A stretch of DNA of 64,000 nt from NCBI GenBank assembly GCA_016748015.1, contig JAAOMT010000678.1, positions 662,389 to 726,388 on the forward strand, in the 5' to 3' direction. The position numbers and the translations under genes are program-made. This stretch comes from Geosiphon pyriformis uo1 (Eukaryota > Fungi > Glomeromycota). The first letter of the stretch is position 1; every line of letters begins with the position of its first letter. Under the pieces are notes generated by a model. That model was not told where the DNA came from. It was given only the letters and a program-made list of their open reading frames with translations, and searched no databases. This document shows positions 25,966 to 39,299 of this stretch, piece after piece.

Positions 25966-27005
25966 AAAGAATTTATTAATTTTGATAAAAATTCAAATGA
26001 AAAAATAACTTTTATTTTAATATGATTATTATTTTTTAACAATAATAAAATTTAAAAATCGAAATGAATTGTTTTAAAATAGATTTTAATCGTTTATTTG
26101 TGAACACTATTCAAATATAATTAGTTGTGACATAAAAGATTCTTCATAATTTTTGTGATAAAAAAGAAGGAATTCGATTAATTTTTAAATAGAATAGTAA
26201 GATTGAAAAACTATAATTTAATTTTCAAGATTTAATACACACATTGTGTCGAAATAATTTTTTGGCTTTCTCATTTTACCTTGAATTTAGACTAATGACA
26301 AACTATTGTAAAATAAGTTGGGATTCAGAAATAAAGTTTTCAAAGCTCTAAAATATTTTAAAATTTAATTCCACTACTTATTCTAACTATTAAATGAGCA
26401 TAATGCAAACGCGTATTGATAACGATTTTGATAGAAACCTTTTGCCCTTCGTACCAATGGTGATCAATTTTGATTTAAACCTTTAAAAATTACTTTTAAA
26501 TGCTAACTCCAATTCACGATTATCTAATCATAGCCATAATTGCCAAGATCGGGGAATTTAAAAAATGTGTAGTTTAAGTATATATAAATTATGAATTTAT
26601 AAATTAAGAGTACAAAAATACTTTTAATGATAAAATTCGCCTTTAAATCATGAGGTTACTTATTTATATCTCGAAATTCTTTTTAATATGTTTTGAAATC
26701 ATTGATTAAATGAGTATATTTGTTTTTGTTCTCCTCCTCAATTCCAAAAAATTCTTAAGGGGATATGGGGAGATTATTGAATAATTAAAAATATTTTTAA
26801 CCTGTTGTGAATAAAGAAATATTTCAATTTTTTGATTTAGGAAATCAAAATTTTTCATCGATCTCGAGGATAATATTTAAATAAATAAATTATTATTTTT
26901 TTTTTTTCAAAAGGTTTACCTGAAAGTTTTTTTTTAAGGTTTGGAAAACCTGAGTTAAAAATTCTAATCTGATCAAAGATTTTCCTATCTAAAAATTTTA
27001 AACAT

Positions 27006-27044
27006 TAAACTAAACTAAACTAAACTAAACTAAACTAAACTAAA
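27006..27044 (+). repeat. (TAAAC)n microsatellite
   Basis: About 8 consecutive taaac units. Confidence 0.9.
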
Positions 27045-29799
27045 TGATGAGGAAATTTATAAAACTCAAAGATTTTATGACATAAAAAGATTCCAAAAAT
27101 AAATTTATCAAAATTTCACCCAACTAACAATAAATAATTTTCTAAAACGTTCTCATAATATGAAATCTTATTTTAAAAAATAACTTACTTGATAAATTTT
27201 TTTTGTTTAAGTTGGGATTTGTTTAATTTTTTGATATCTGAATATTCAGTCTTAAAATCATCATCATCATCATTGATCTGATGTTTCTTTCAGAAAAAGG
27301 AATTTATTTTGCTTTTATAAAACTCTGACACTTTTTTGCCCGAAACGTTTAAGATTAAAAATCTTTATATATATATAAATGAAAGGAAGGTATTATAAAT
27401 TTTGAAGTATGAAAAAACTGATACTTATTTCATTGACAAAAAATAATGTGTGTATATGTTAACTCTTATTTTTTAGGATTCTCGATTTAGACTGATTAAT
27501 TTATATTTTTGATGAGTTACATGATGATGAGATTGTTAATGTTCTTTTTAATCTACCTTTAAAGTTTAGCCCCACTAAATTAAATTGTCTCTATCTCTTT
27601 TATAAATTTAAAAAAATCAAAAAAGTCAAAATTTTACAGGCTTTAAGGGGATTTTTGTTTCAAATTCTTTTTTTAGAATATCTGACGTTATTAATGACGA
27701 TAAAAATATTCTTACAAATAGCATACTAGATTTATGACAGACTAATTAATTTTAAAAAATTCTCCAATAATATTAAAACAAATCTTTAATTACTGTTACA
27801 GATTGATTATCTCTTTTCAAAATGGGTATATGCAGAGAAGAGCCCTTTCAAAGTATGACACTAAGCGTAATACGTGTATCTTTTATAAAAGCTTTTGAAT
27901 TCTATTTAATCAAATATTATTCTGAATCGAATAAGGATCAGAAAAAAATAATGTTAAAAAAATTTTCACTTCACTTCTCTTATCTAATTAATTTAAATTT
28001 ATAAAAAGATATTCATTGAAATTCTTATTTTGTCTAATAAAGGATTACGAAATTAAAACATAATTCGAAATTTAATTTTCAATATTCTGAACTTTTCAAA
28101 GTAATTTAAAAAGACCTTTTTGTGATATAAATACATTAATCGGTAAATTTGAGGGATTACTGTGATTACTTGATCAAAATATTCGTCTTTGAATATATAA
28201 AGAACATATAAATACGACTATATGAAAAATTTATTTTTACTAAAATTGCCATGTTTTAAATAAGAATTTGATATAGTTATAAATTTGATCGAATGTTGCT
28301 AATAATCGAAATTTATGTTATTGGTTTTAGCCTATTCGATTTTGAGATTTCAAATAAGAATCAACCAGAAAATTTCATTTTTAATCTAGTATAAACTGAA
28401 GAATCAAAAATTTTTTTACTATCTTTTCAAGGGAACGTTTTTAAGGCTGGGATTTTACATTATCAAAGTTCAGAGGAGTGAAATTATTCATAAAAGAGAT
28501 GGATATTTTCACAGAATTTCCTCTTTTCCCTATTACTCAGCTTAATCGTAATCGATTTTCTTTTTCTGAACTAAATGATTAAATATGTACTTGAATTTTT
28601 TTTGATAAAAAGCCCTATTTTTAAAGTAAATAAAATGGAAAACCATTTTCTTTCAAATCAATCCGAAAAAAGTGGCACAAACTATTCCATAATTGGTCAG
28701 TGTGATGTAATTTTTTAAATAGTTCAAGATTTTTTGAGTGTTTGTTGAAAAATATTTTCACCCGTGTGAATTGATTCAAATTAAAATTAGCTCTTTTGGT
28801 GTTCCTGGCACAAAAATTGAAGTGCCTAGACTTCACTGAAAACTATTTGAATTATTTATTCTTTATTATAAAGTTTCAACATTATCCGAAAAGGGTTTGA
28901 ACTGGATTTGACTTTCGTGCATTGCGGCAATAGGTCGATCAACGATGAAATGATTGAAAAAAGAAAAATATTTGAAATTCATGCTAAAAAATATCATTGA
29001 TTAAAGATTATAACAAGGAGGTAATAAGTAATCACTGATAAACTTGAAAATGTCCACAAATTATCTATTTAAAGTACCTAAAAAAAGAATATCGTAAAGA
29101 AGTCTGGATTCAATTTCAAATTATTATTATTATTTTTTTTGGATATTCAATTAATGTTATGCATAAATCTTTTCAAAACATTAATTATATCGAAATTGGT
29201 TGAGTGCAGAAGTTCATTGTAAATCTTATCGTACTCTTTTTTTCATTTCCCGTTCAATTTTTTAATCGAATCCCCACCCCCACCCCCCCCCCCCATTCAA
29301 ACGTTAAAGCAATATTAAATTCTTTTAAGACTTTGAAATTACTGATGATCCATTTTTTTTCAAGCGAGGTAAATCTATTCATTACAATTAAAGCAAATTT
29401 TAATTATCCTCCTCCTCTTAATCTTTGTAATTCTTCGATGCTACTAGCTCTTTTGTCATGTTCATTTTTTGAGTTCTCGAGAATTCTTTCAAAAAATCAA
29501 AGCCGAAACGATCCCACGCTAACTGAAAATCCATAAAACTAACGTCATGATTCCGATCTAAATAACCCATCTAATTGAGGTTCTGAAAAGCATTATTGTA
29601 TCACTAAACTTCCCATCAAAGTTTCAGTGCTAAAAAAAAATGATACCTTACAAATCGTCTCGTGATAAGGGTATTAAAACTTGCTCGAAACTCGATTTCT
29701 TCCATTAGTACTTTTTGCTATTAGTGCATCGAAGATATCATCCAATTAAAGAACTTTACAATAAATTTAATCGGACCCATTTTACATCTGGAAAAGAAC

Positions 29800-29800
29800 A

Positions 29801-29831
<31 letters not shown>

Positions 29832-29889
29832 TAAGATAAAAAAATTAAATGTAATATTCAAATGTGTGTGTGTGTGTGTGTGTGTGTGT
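29800..29889 (+). repeat. (AAAG)n and (TG)n microsatellites upstream of the 30183 gene
   Basis: aaag run at 29800-29830; tg run at 29864-29889. Confidence 0.9.
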
Positions 29890-30182
29890 TGAACTAAAAA
29901 TTAATCATGAAAAACTTTTAAAAATCGTGTTATTAATTTCAGATTACTGTTTACCTGGTCACATTAAAAGAATTTTATAAAGTATCCAGTTTTCGTTTTT
30001 ATCTTTTTAAAATTACAATCTTCCTGTCGTCCATAACAAAGAGAACTCTCTCTGGAGGCTAGTAAATTGGTTCCAAGATTTTTTGGATTCAAATTGAAAT
30101 TTAAAAATCCAAATTTTTTTGAAAGCTACCTAAATAAAATTTTTCCCGTGTGTTTGTAAACCGAAAAAAAAAGTTCGAAAAG

Positions 30183-31916
30183 ATGAATAGCTCATCGACC
30201 TCTGAAGTTCGACACAAGCATCCAGCAAATGAGCTTGTCATGCATAAAACGGAAGAGGTACGTTTTCTTTCACTTTTTTCCTTCACATTCAAATTTAATA
30301 ATCATATGAAAAAGGTTTAAATAGGGAAAAAATATCTTCATTTATTCAAGTATAATTCAAGTATATCTTATTTACCATTAAAATATTCTACCCATTGTTT
30401 TTCTGCATAATTTCTAAAGGTTTTAGAGGCATACGCAAAAGCTGGAGATGCTTTCAAACGTGCTGGCTTGTTATTAAAAGATCTAGCCCAAAAGGTTGAG
30501 GAGTTACGTGAAATTCTCCCTGAAAATATGTGTATAAAACTGCCAACAAACCTTTCCAATCACTTCACCAATTTATCTTTTGATTGGGAAGAAACTTTTG
30601 CTCCTAAATATAAGTCAAATGAACAAATCAAAACACAAAGAAACCAAATTCCAGTTACAATAAACTCTTTTCCAAATTTTTCAGAACTTGAACAAGGCGT
30701 TAAAGATGAAGTTATGCAAATTGTTGTGCCCTCAAGTTCCAACTCTAACGCTGATGAAGAAACTTCTGAACAGGAAGAAAGTAAAGATTTGGTAGCCAAC
30801 CCTGAAAAAATTCCAATTTCATTTCGATCATTGCTTTGCCCCAAACAAGACAAGATAAACGCAAGTAAACAGTTGAAACCTGATAAAGACATCACAAATC
30901 TCACTATACCCACTTCAAAAAATACACAAATACGAGGTATTATGGAATCCTCTTTACCAGAAAATTTTCCTCAGAGCAATCCTATTCAAAATCTAAAGGA
31001 TTTATCGAAATCCGTCAATCCTCCTTTTTCACCTTTTCTTACAAAGTCTACTGGAAATCTTAAAAAGGCATTGAACCAGGACTCCATGAATCAATTGCCT
31101 TCTTTAATACAAAGGAAAACGGGAATTTCATCATTGCATATACCAACGATGGAAATGGAAATTGAACCCTCACCGAATAACTTGAGCTTTGGTTCAAATT
31201 ATGATCACCCATGTTATAGTCAAAAGATATTTCCGATTTACTCTTTTTGGAATACAGTAGAACATAGCAACCGATTTCAAGCGCCATCAATTTCGTTGCT
31301 CAATAAATCCCTAAAGACTTCTCCTCGATCAAATCGATGTGGAAAATCTACATATAAATCTGGAAATAGATTTAAGCCATATGGAAATCAACAAACCATA
31401 AAAAGGGAACACAAACAGGCGGAAAAAAACGATGTAAATAATTCGCGGATAAAATTTCCCCACTATCCTCACAATATTTTCCATCCATTCTCACCTGAAG
31501 CCCGAGAGAGGCCGGATTATGATGAGCCGGTAGAGAGAGCAAACAAGGATCAAGGCCCTATATTCCTAAGTTTTTTCTTGAATGGCATTTCTCACCAAAC
31601 TACAGAAGCTTCCAATTGGTGGCAGGAAGTAACAAAAAACATTTATTACCCACAACCATTAACCGCAGAAGAGCATACTCTTATAGATAATTTTATTCAA
31701 TACGCTGGTCTTCGTCTCAAAGATCCAAAATGTACTCAATCTCAAATCGCAAATGAGATCATCGCTCTTTCGAATAACACTTGTAAAATTTCACAAGGAT
31801 CTGTATCAACAATGATGCGACGTATAGCTGTGCCTAAGCCGCCACAAACAAGGGCCGCTATCCGTAATTGGGTTGAACATGAAAAAGCGAGGTGTAGTCG
31901 GGAAACAGCGGAATAA
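30183..31916 (+). CDS. Putative transcription regulator with a C-terminal lambda-repressor/POU-specific-like HTH, about 523 aa
   Basis: Exon 1 30183-30257 (GTACGT donor) and exon 2 30420-31916, in frame. N-terminal amphipathic helix, long low-complexity Ser/Pro/Asn middle, and C-terminal TQSQIANEI...SQGSVSTMMRR...IRNWVE. The ORF is solid; the function is inferred. Confidence 0.75.
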
Positions 31917-33420
31917 TTTTTTGCAAGAATAGAAGAAGGAAGACTCGAATAATAATATTTTATAATAGGATTTTGTTAATAAGGATTTTTAAATTTTAGA
32001 ATGTAAACCACGTTAAAACCAACCTTTTTTTGGCATGATTAACTTAACTGCTTTCAATTTTAACTTATTCAAATAAACTAATGTTTATTCACTTTTCCTC
32101 TATTAATTAGTGTTACGCATCAAAGATTGTACATAATTCTTAATGGTTAAAAAAATTTTCTTGTCACGTGACCTTTGAATAAAATCTAAAGCTAGACTAG
32201 TTAATAAAAAAGGTTTCAGGAATTACATGAAAATAGTTATTATGACACGCTGAAAATTTTTAATTAAAATCAATTCTTCGACCCAAATGTATGCGTCCTA
32301 AAGAGATGATCAAGAATTTAATCCCAAAGAAACTCTTTAAATGAGAAAATAGGCACCATTATAGTAGACACTCTCATGTAAGTAGGTTTCATTACATTTT
32401 ATATCACGCCAAACTTTAATCAAGGTCTTTGCATTAACAATATACTTAAAATAAATTATTAGCTAAGTAATTTAATTGATCAACCATAAGATTTTCTGCT
32501 TTTGTCTCTAGAATTTAACGATTTTAATCATTTTAAGGGAAAGAACCCTCTGATGAGCTCTATTCATGACGAATTAGCAACTTCGACAAGGATTGGTACA
32601 GGTTTCTTCCTAAACAGGAAATTTTTATAAGATGAATCAATTGGGGATTTCTTATAACATGTATTCTTCATAGAGAATGAACTGAAAACTTGAAAAGATG
32701 AGCCAGCCGTGAGTTGTAACATTTAGCAAATCGATCGATTTTTATATATATAAATTTTCTTGAACAAGTTAAAAATTTAGCTGTAATTAACTAAGTATTC
32801 ATCTTATTTTGTAATATATTTCAAATGCAATGCCAGAAAAGGTACAATATTTTTGAGATAATTATTCAGCGTTTTTTTAATTAATATTTTATTAAAAGAG
32901 ATTGGCTTATTTGAGATGAAAAATCTCTACAAATTTTGGCCATATTTAATTTGAAATTAATTATGGTGATTTTAAGCTGAAACAAATGAGATACTAAAAT
33001 AATTGATTTAATAAATTAGTACTTCCTTTGGGTTTCAACTCTTTTTTTTGTTTTATACGCGTTTAACTACATTTTAGCATTAATATTCTAGACTAATTGA
33101 AGAGAAATTCAGATTATAGCGTCTAAATTATTAAGGAATTTGAATCAAGTAAGGAGTTATAAAAAATTCCATCGTTCTGGACCAATTAAATGCCTGGTTA
33201 TTAAACTATTTTCCATAAATTATTTGGCTTTGAATTAATTTATTTGCTTTGTACAAATACCTAACAATGAGCATCTTGCAGCATCTAGATTTGAATTTCC
33301 TTTCAGGAATTATTAAAGGTTTTTTCATTTCAATTTTTGATATTTTACTTTAAGATAAAAAGTACTTTGATGACAATGAGTTAAATTTTTCATTGAATAT
33401 TGCAAATGGTCTCATTTCTT

Positions 33421-33429
33421 ATGATGATG

Positions 33430-33486
<57 letters not shown>
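33421..33486. repeat. (ATA)n-(TTA)n head-to-head microsatellite palindrome
   Basis: An aat run switches to a tta run at aatatt (~33450-33455). Confidence 0.9.
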
Positions 33487-33487
<1 letters not shown>

Positions 33488-34856
33488 GAAAATATAAAGT
33501 AAAACTTTTGAATTTTAAGATGCAATTTGTTTTCTTGCATCAAATGAGAAACCAATTGCACCATGAAATTAAAGAAACCTTTACAAATATATATTCAGGA
33601 GTAATAAACATTGATTGTTTCTTTATAGAAATATCAAAATCCAGTTTATGAATTAATTAAACGTGAGAAAGCTCTAAGATGACAAAGGATTAATATGTCT
33701 ATACTTTCTTTTACTCAAACATAGTTTGTAATTTTCAATAAACAATGTAATAATAATTTTACATTCTTGACAGTTGACGAGAATTGATTAAAAGCCGGTT
33801 AAAAATTGTACGACATAAAAATTTCTCAAAATTTGAGTACAAATTAAAATTTCCGTATGTTTTCCCGGATTAACAATCTTTCACAAATCATTTCAAACAA
33901 TGTTGGAAGGTTTTTAAAAAATGACAGATCATATTACTTATCTGTTGTGGTCATCCGAGGTAGGATAAATAACTAATCAGATGCTCAATATTGTCAGTAA
34001 CATCGTAATTATCGAAAACAAAATGTTTTGGAAGAACAAGAAATGATTCTTGTTTAAGCTGTCATCTATTGTCACAATGGTCTGCAACGTGAATCCAATA
34101 TTTGGACAAGAGACCAATTAATGTTCAGAAAAGGCATTTTCATCTTTCGCGATCAATTTTTGATTATATATTTTATGATATCAACATAAGATCAGAAAAG
34201 GAAACAAATAGCTATGCTTCCCCAATTGTACAACTATAGAAGCAATTAAAAAATACAATGATGGCTCAGAAAATAGGCGGTTCTATTTGTAAAAACATTT
34301 TTTATTCAATTTGATCCAGGTTCAAGGTCAAAATTGCGTCATGTGAGGCCAAATGACTAATCAGAGGGTAAAAAATTAGTATATTAAGATAAATGTTTGG
34401 TGAAATCAGGTAAAAATAGACCACAAATTTTCCTCATTGGGGGTAAAAAGGCATTTTATGGGGTGAGAAAGATGCATTTTAAGTTCCTAATCACCCCGTT
34501 CTGCTGATCCTAAAAATCATGATGATTTCTTTTTGCCAATTTTTCATTAATCATTGTCCGGAAAATTCCAAGTTTTAAATACGAGATCAAATAATCCGCC
34601 AAAAAAATTTAGAATTTTGGAGCAAAAAGCTTCAATGAATTTTTCGAAATCCATTTAAAGATTTCAAAAAAACCAACATTTTTTCGGGTTTCCCAGCTTG
34701 GTTTGTGTCGCATTTACATTTGTTTGAAGAAAGTTTTCCTTGTTTATTGCATTAACCCTTCATATCTAAGATCGACATTCCTCAGAAATTAATATATAAT
34801 ACCAGATAAAGAAGATCTCAAATTTTTTTTCTAAAGCTTCAGAATATTCTAAAGCA

Positions 34857-36321
34857 ATGCAGGAATTGCTAGTCCAGGAAACATATTGGGTTTCCAAATG
34901 GTTATTGAGGTTCTGCATTATACTGAAAAAGATGAGAATAAAATCATCGCAAAACCATATTCTTCCCTATGCTATTTTGTTACTCTTGTTTTTCCTAGCG
35001 ATTTTAATTCTTAATCCATTTATTAAAAAACAGGAATCATTATCTCATGAGAATTTACTTAAATACAACAAAAATATAACAAATGAAAATTTTAACAAAA
35101 GTATCAATTCAAAAAATGTGGAAAAAATACCTAGTCGAAACACCTTTCCTTCATTTCAAAATTCACGGTTAAAAACTAGCAGCAAAAGAAGTTTCAAATA
35201 CCATGGGAAAAGTGATGAAGAAAGTTATTATGACGGAGAGGAAGAAGGTTCAATGGAATTGTTAGATCATGAACTTCCCGAAGACCGACAATTTCTAAAA
35301 CGATTCGCTTTGTTCGCCTATTACTCAAGTGATGCTTATTGCCTGACAGAAAACGCTTATAAGGTGGGAGATCATGGAATTTCTGGTAAGATTGACTTTT
35401 AAGCAAGAGAAATTGAAATTTCACAATCTTTTTCTCAAATCTTTGCTTCTTTCATCTTAACAGCAAAAGCAATTCTATTGGCAAACGATGCCAAAGAAAC
35501 TGAATTAATAGTGTATTTCAAAGGCAACAAATACACTCGTTACCAATGGCTCATGAGAAAGTTTGAGCTTATTGAATACCCTTTGATTCCAAATGGAAAA
35601 GTGGACAAGAAATTTTTTGAAGATATCGAATCTGCTGCTTCGGATATTCGAAAACAGGTTTTAAAAAAAGTTCAAGAAGCCGGTGGCTTTAAAAGGATAA
35701 AACGATTCATAATGACTGGACATAGTAGTGGAGGAGGTAAATTAGAAATTTGTGAACCATTTTATTATTTCCTCAATTGATTTCAGCCTCATCCAATTTT
35801 ATGATCTTAATAATTTAGCCTATGCTTTACTTGCATGCCTTAATTTGGATCATCATTGGCGTAATTTTAACCTTGAATGGGAAGTCTACTCCTTTGGTAG
35901 CCCTCGAATAGGAAACCTTGCTTTTGCTGCCACCGTGACCACCCTTGAAAATATTTATTTATATCGCTTAACACACACTGACGACTATGTTCCAAGATTA
36001 CCTCTTATTACTGGCCATGAATATGTCCATACTGAAGTTGAGTTTTGGCTAGAGCCGGATTGTGATTGCACTGGTATTGACAATGTATACGAATGCTGGG
36101 GTCCAGAAATAAGGATGGGTTCCAATACATTCAGTATGGAAAGTCCGGTATGCTTTTCATTGATCAATATTTATTAATGAAAGCAAAAGATTGATCTAAA
36201 AGAGTTTTTCTTATCTTTTGACTCACTATTTTATCAGGATTGTAACAATCGATACCCACTACCAGGAGATGCCTCACACAATGGCCCATATTTTGCAGCT
36301 TTCATGGGCTTTTGCCAGTAA
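34857..36321 (+). CDS. L6: class-3 lipase, triad motifs intact (GHSSG), about 404 aa (alternative start 34932)
   Basis: Exons 34857-35385, 35464-35736, 35819-36147, 36238-36321. Strong TM segment ILPYAILLLLFFLAILIL; motifs FGSPRIG, TDDYVPRLP, CDC, SHNGPYF. Confidence 0.92.
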
Positions 36322-37849
36322 TACGTGAATTTTGTAGGAAAGCTCGAAACTTTCCGATCAAAAGAAAATTATTAATTAAGAGCTAATTTTTTGTAAATAT
36401 TTTCTTTATAGATTTATAGCTAAATTGAAATTTTACTTAATTCTCAAATTTTTTAAATCCAACCAGCACTGAATTATTATTACTTTTAAATAAAAATTCC
36501 AGATTAATTATGAATTAGCTCAAGAAATTAGAAAACTAATGATTTTTGAATTTATTAAATATTTTCTGTTCAACTCCTTAATTTGTAGTATACACATAAC
36601 GTAACTCCTTACCCAAGTCTATAGAGTTTTTGACGATCAAATTGTTATAAAAGTTATTTTTCTTTATATTTCAAAAGTCCGAATTTTCTTTTTAATAAGC
36701 TAATCTGACATTGAGGGAGGAATAGAGATTTTTCCCGTAAATGTAAATTAAAGGATATACATTTGGATATGAAAAGAAATAAAGAATTTTAATTAAACTT
36801 TGGTCTTGATAATGTTCTTTATCGTATTCAGTTACTTCTTTAGGTTTCGATAAGGCTTTTACTTTATTTGACAATAAGAATTTTCAAACATGCCAAAAAA
36901 GGGTCTATTTTATTATTTGGATTAATCCAAAACGTTGCACTCTTTGTATTAAAATAAATGAAGTGATACATGTTTTTGCTCATAATTAATTCAAAAGGTA
37001 AGATCAGTGAAGTTTGCTTATTTACAATGCATTCTGATCTTAGGGGTATTAAATGCATTAAATATTTGATAAAAAAATATAATTGATTATAACATCCCTT
37101 ATCGCAATAAGACTTTGTTCAGTATCTTGTTTTAAATATTATTATCAATACAAAGCTCAAAGATTTTTAATGTATTGAATTTAATCATACAAATTTCACA
37201 TATAGCAAAATCTTGTTTTGAAATTAAGTTTTTGCATTTTTATTATAATATGTGATTTTCGATCGCACAGATAAAATGAAAAACTTTTAATAACAAAAAT
37301 TTATTGCTCATTATTTTATAAATTCACAAATTCCAATAACAATTATTTCTTTCATTACTGTTGTTATTCGTTTCTTTTTAAATAACAAAACATGATTTAC
37401 TCAAAATTAACAAATATTGTTAACCAATTTTAAACAATACTTATTATTTTGAAACAAGTTTTTAAATATTTATTTAATATAAAAGAAAAATTGTAAAAAA
37501 AAATTTATTTTTTAAATAGCAAAATTAATTGCAAATGAAAAATAGCTTTAAAACATATTACAATCAAATTCGTTTAAGTAAAAATATGTGATTACAAACA
37601 ATAAATTTTTAATTAACAAAACAAATATGTATTATTTTTTGTTATTTTGAGAATTTTCACTACCTCAAATATGATTAGCTTATTAAATTATTAATTTTGT
37701 TTATTTTGTTTAATTTTATCATGACATATTTTATGAAAAAATATTCAAAATATAAATAATTTAAAAATGAAGAAATATAGTAACTGATAGTCACAAAATA
37801 TTTTTACATATTATATTAAGCACTTTTTGAATTTTTTTAATCGTAATAA

Positions 37850-38700
37850 TATGTTTTTTAGCAGCAAGATTCAACAATGTAAAAACAGAGTTGAAAATTT
37901 CGTTTATAATGTTTATATGTAAATTCCACTAGTAGTAACATATCAAGCTAATTATTTTGTTGGTAGTTAATAGAATATTGCAAGTACTGCTTTAGAACTT
38001 GATTAATGCATTTAACTTGACTATTAGTTTGGAAATAACATGTTAAAGATAAAAAAATTTTGGCATCAAAAAGCTTAAAGAAGTATTTTTAAAATTGAAA
38101 GACAAATTAAAATCTATAATTAAAAACTATCTTATTTGAAAACCATTAAGTTTAATTATATTATAAATAATTAATTAAGCTGTTTTTCAAAAATGTAAAC
38201 TTTGAACAAAAAATAAGTGTGCTATCTTAATTAACCAGTTTATTGCAAGTAAAATCAAATCTTTTTTTAATTTTAAGCAAGTTAGTTATAAAGTTCATTA
38301 AAATAAATTTTTAAAGACATTTTAAATAAGCAAAAATTGTAACAGATTAAAAAATTGATAATGAAAAATCTTAAGTATTACAAAATTTAATATATCTATA
38401 ATATTTTATATTGCTATAACTACTAATAGTTTTTAATAATTAACTTAAAAGTCTTATTAATTCCAAAGTGGATAGCAAGTAGATTGTTATAATTAATAAC
38501 TTTTTAAGTATAAGTATTATTAACTGTCAATTGTTTGATTATTTTTAAAAGTTTTGAATTTGAATCTAAAAATAAAATGACTATAATTTTAAATATTCAA
38601 ACTTAAGCAAAATAATTTACTACTGGCTATAGACTTTATTCTGCTTTTTAAATTTAAATTCTAAATGCTATAAGAAAATATTAATCTTATTTTATAATAA
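37850..38700 (-). mobile_element. Ty3/Gypsy LTR retrotransposon integrase relic, hypermutated
   Basis: Translation AIHFGINKTF (GHFG..KT), ILMNFITNL (ISMDFITDLP), YFQTNSQVKCINQVLKQYL..NYQQNN*LDMLLLVEFTY (HPQTDGQ.ER.NQ.LEQYLR..W..LP.AEFAYN). Confidence 0.85.
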
Positions 38701-38839
38701 ACTAGTATTATAAAAAAATACAAAATTAAATTTAATTATAAAAATTAATTACTAAGCTTAATATTAATTAAAAATTCTGGTTGTTATAAAATACTAAAAA
38801 AATTTCTGGTTACAAAAAACAATGACTACAAACCAAAAT

Positions 38840-39171
38840 TCTTATAATGCCTCTTCGAAATTGTATCAATTTATATTGTATACAACTCTATTTTAATTGA
38901 GCATTGACTCTTTTAATAGATTTTACTTAGATTACGGCAAATAAATAATTCAACATTCGAGCTAATAAATAGTTCTAAAGTGTGTTATAGGAGGTCTAAA
39001 GTAAATATTTCATTAATACTTATAGGGCCACAGCAACACTGAGCTAATGAATAGTTCTCTAAGTTTGCTACAATAAACCAAAAAAGATAACAGACCAACA
39101 TCTTATTAATACCTTTTTGTAATTGTATCAACTTATGTTGTATACAATCTTATCACCATAGCGTATTGATC
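38840..39171 (+). repeat. A-B-B-A arrangement of imperfect direct repeats with internal hairpins
   Basis: A units at 38840-38910 and 39101-39171 (ttgtatcaa..ttgtatacaa). B units at 38951-38989 and 39034-39072 (gagctaat.aatagttct). Confidence 0.75.
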
Positions 39172-39299
39172 ATTTTTATAAACAACCGATCTTTAAGTTT
39201 TAGAGCAATTTATTTGCTTTTCTGCATGTTTTATTATTAAAATATGCATTGTTGACTGTTCTTTCTAGTTTTTTTGCATGTAATCCAAGATCTTGGACT

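Noticed and set aside
30560-31290. Minus-strand ORFs of 117 and 76 aa
   Set aside because: Antisense shadows of the long plus-strand exon.
33400-33651. 83-aa hydrophobic ORF with poly-I/poly-L
   Set aside because: Translation of the (ATA)n/(TTA)n microsatellite.
39020-39060. HDV-like ribozyme (GGGCCACAGCA..GCTAA)
   Set aside because: No credible P3/L3 element could be built; the resemblance may be chance.
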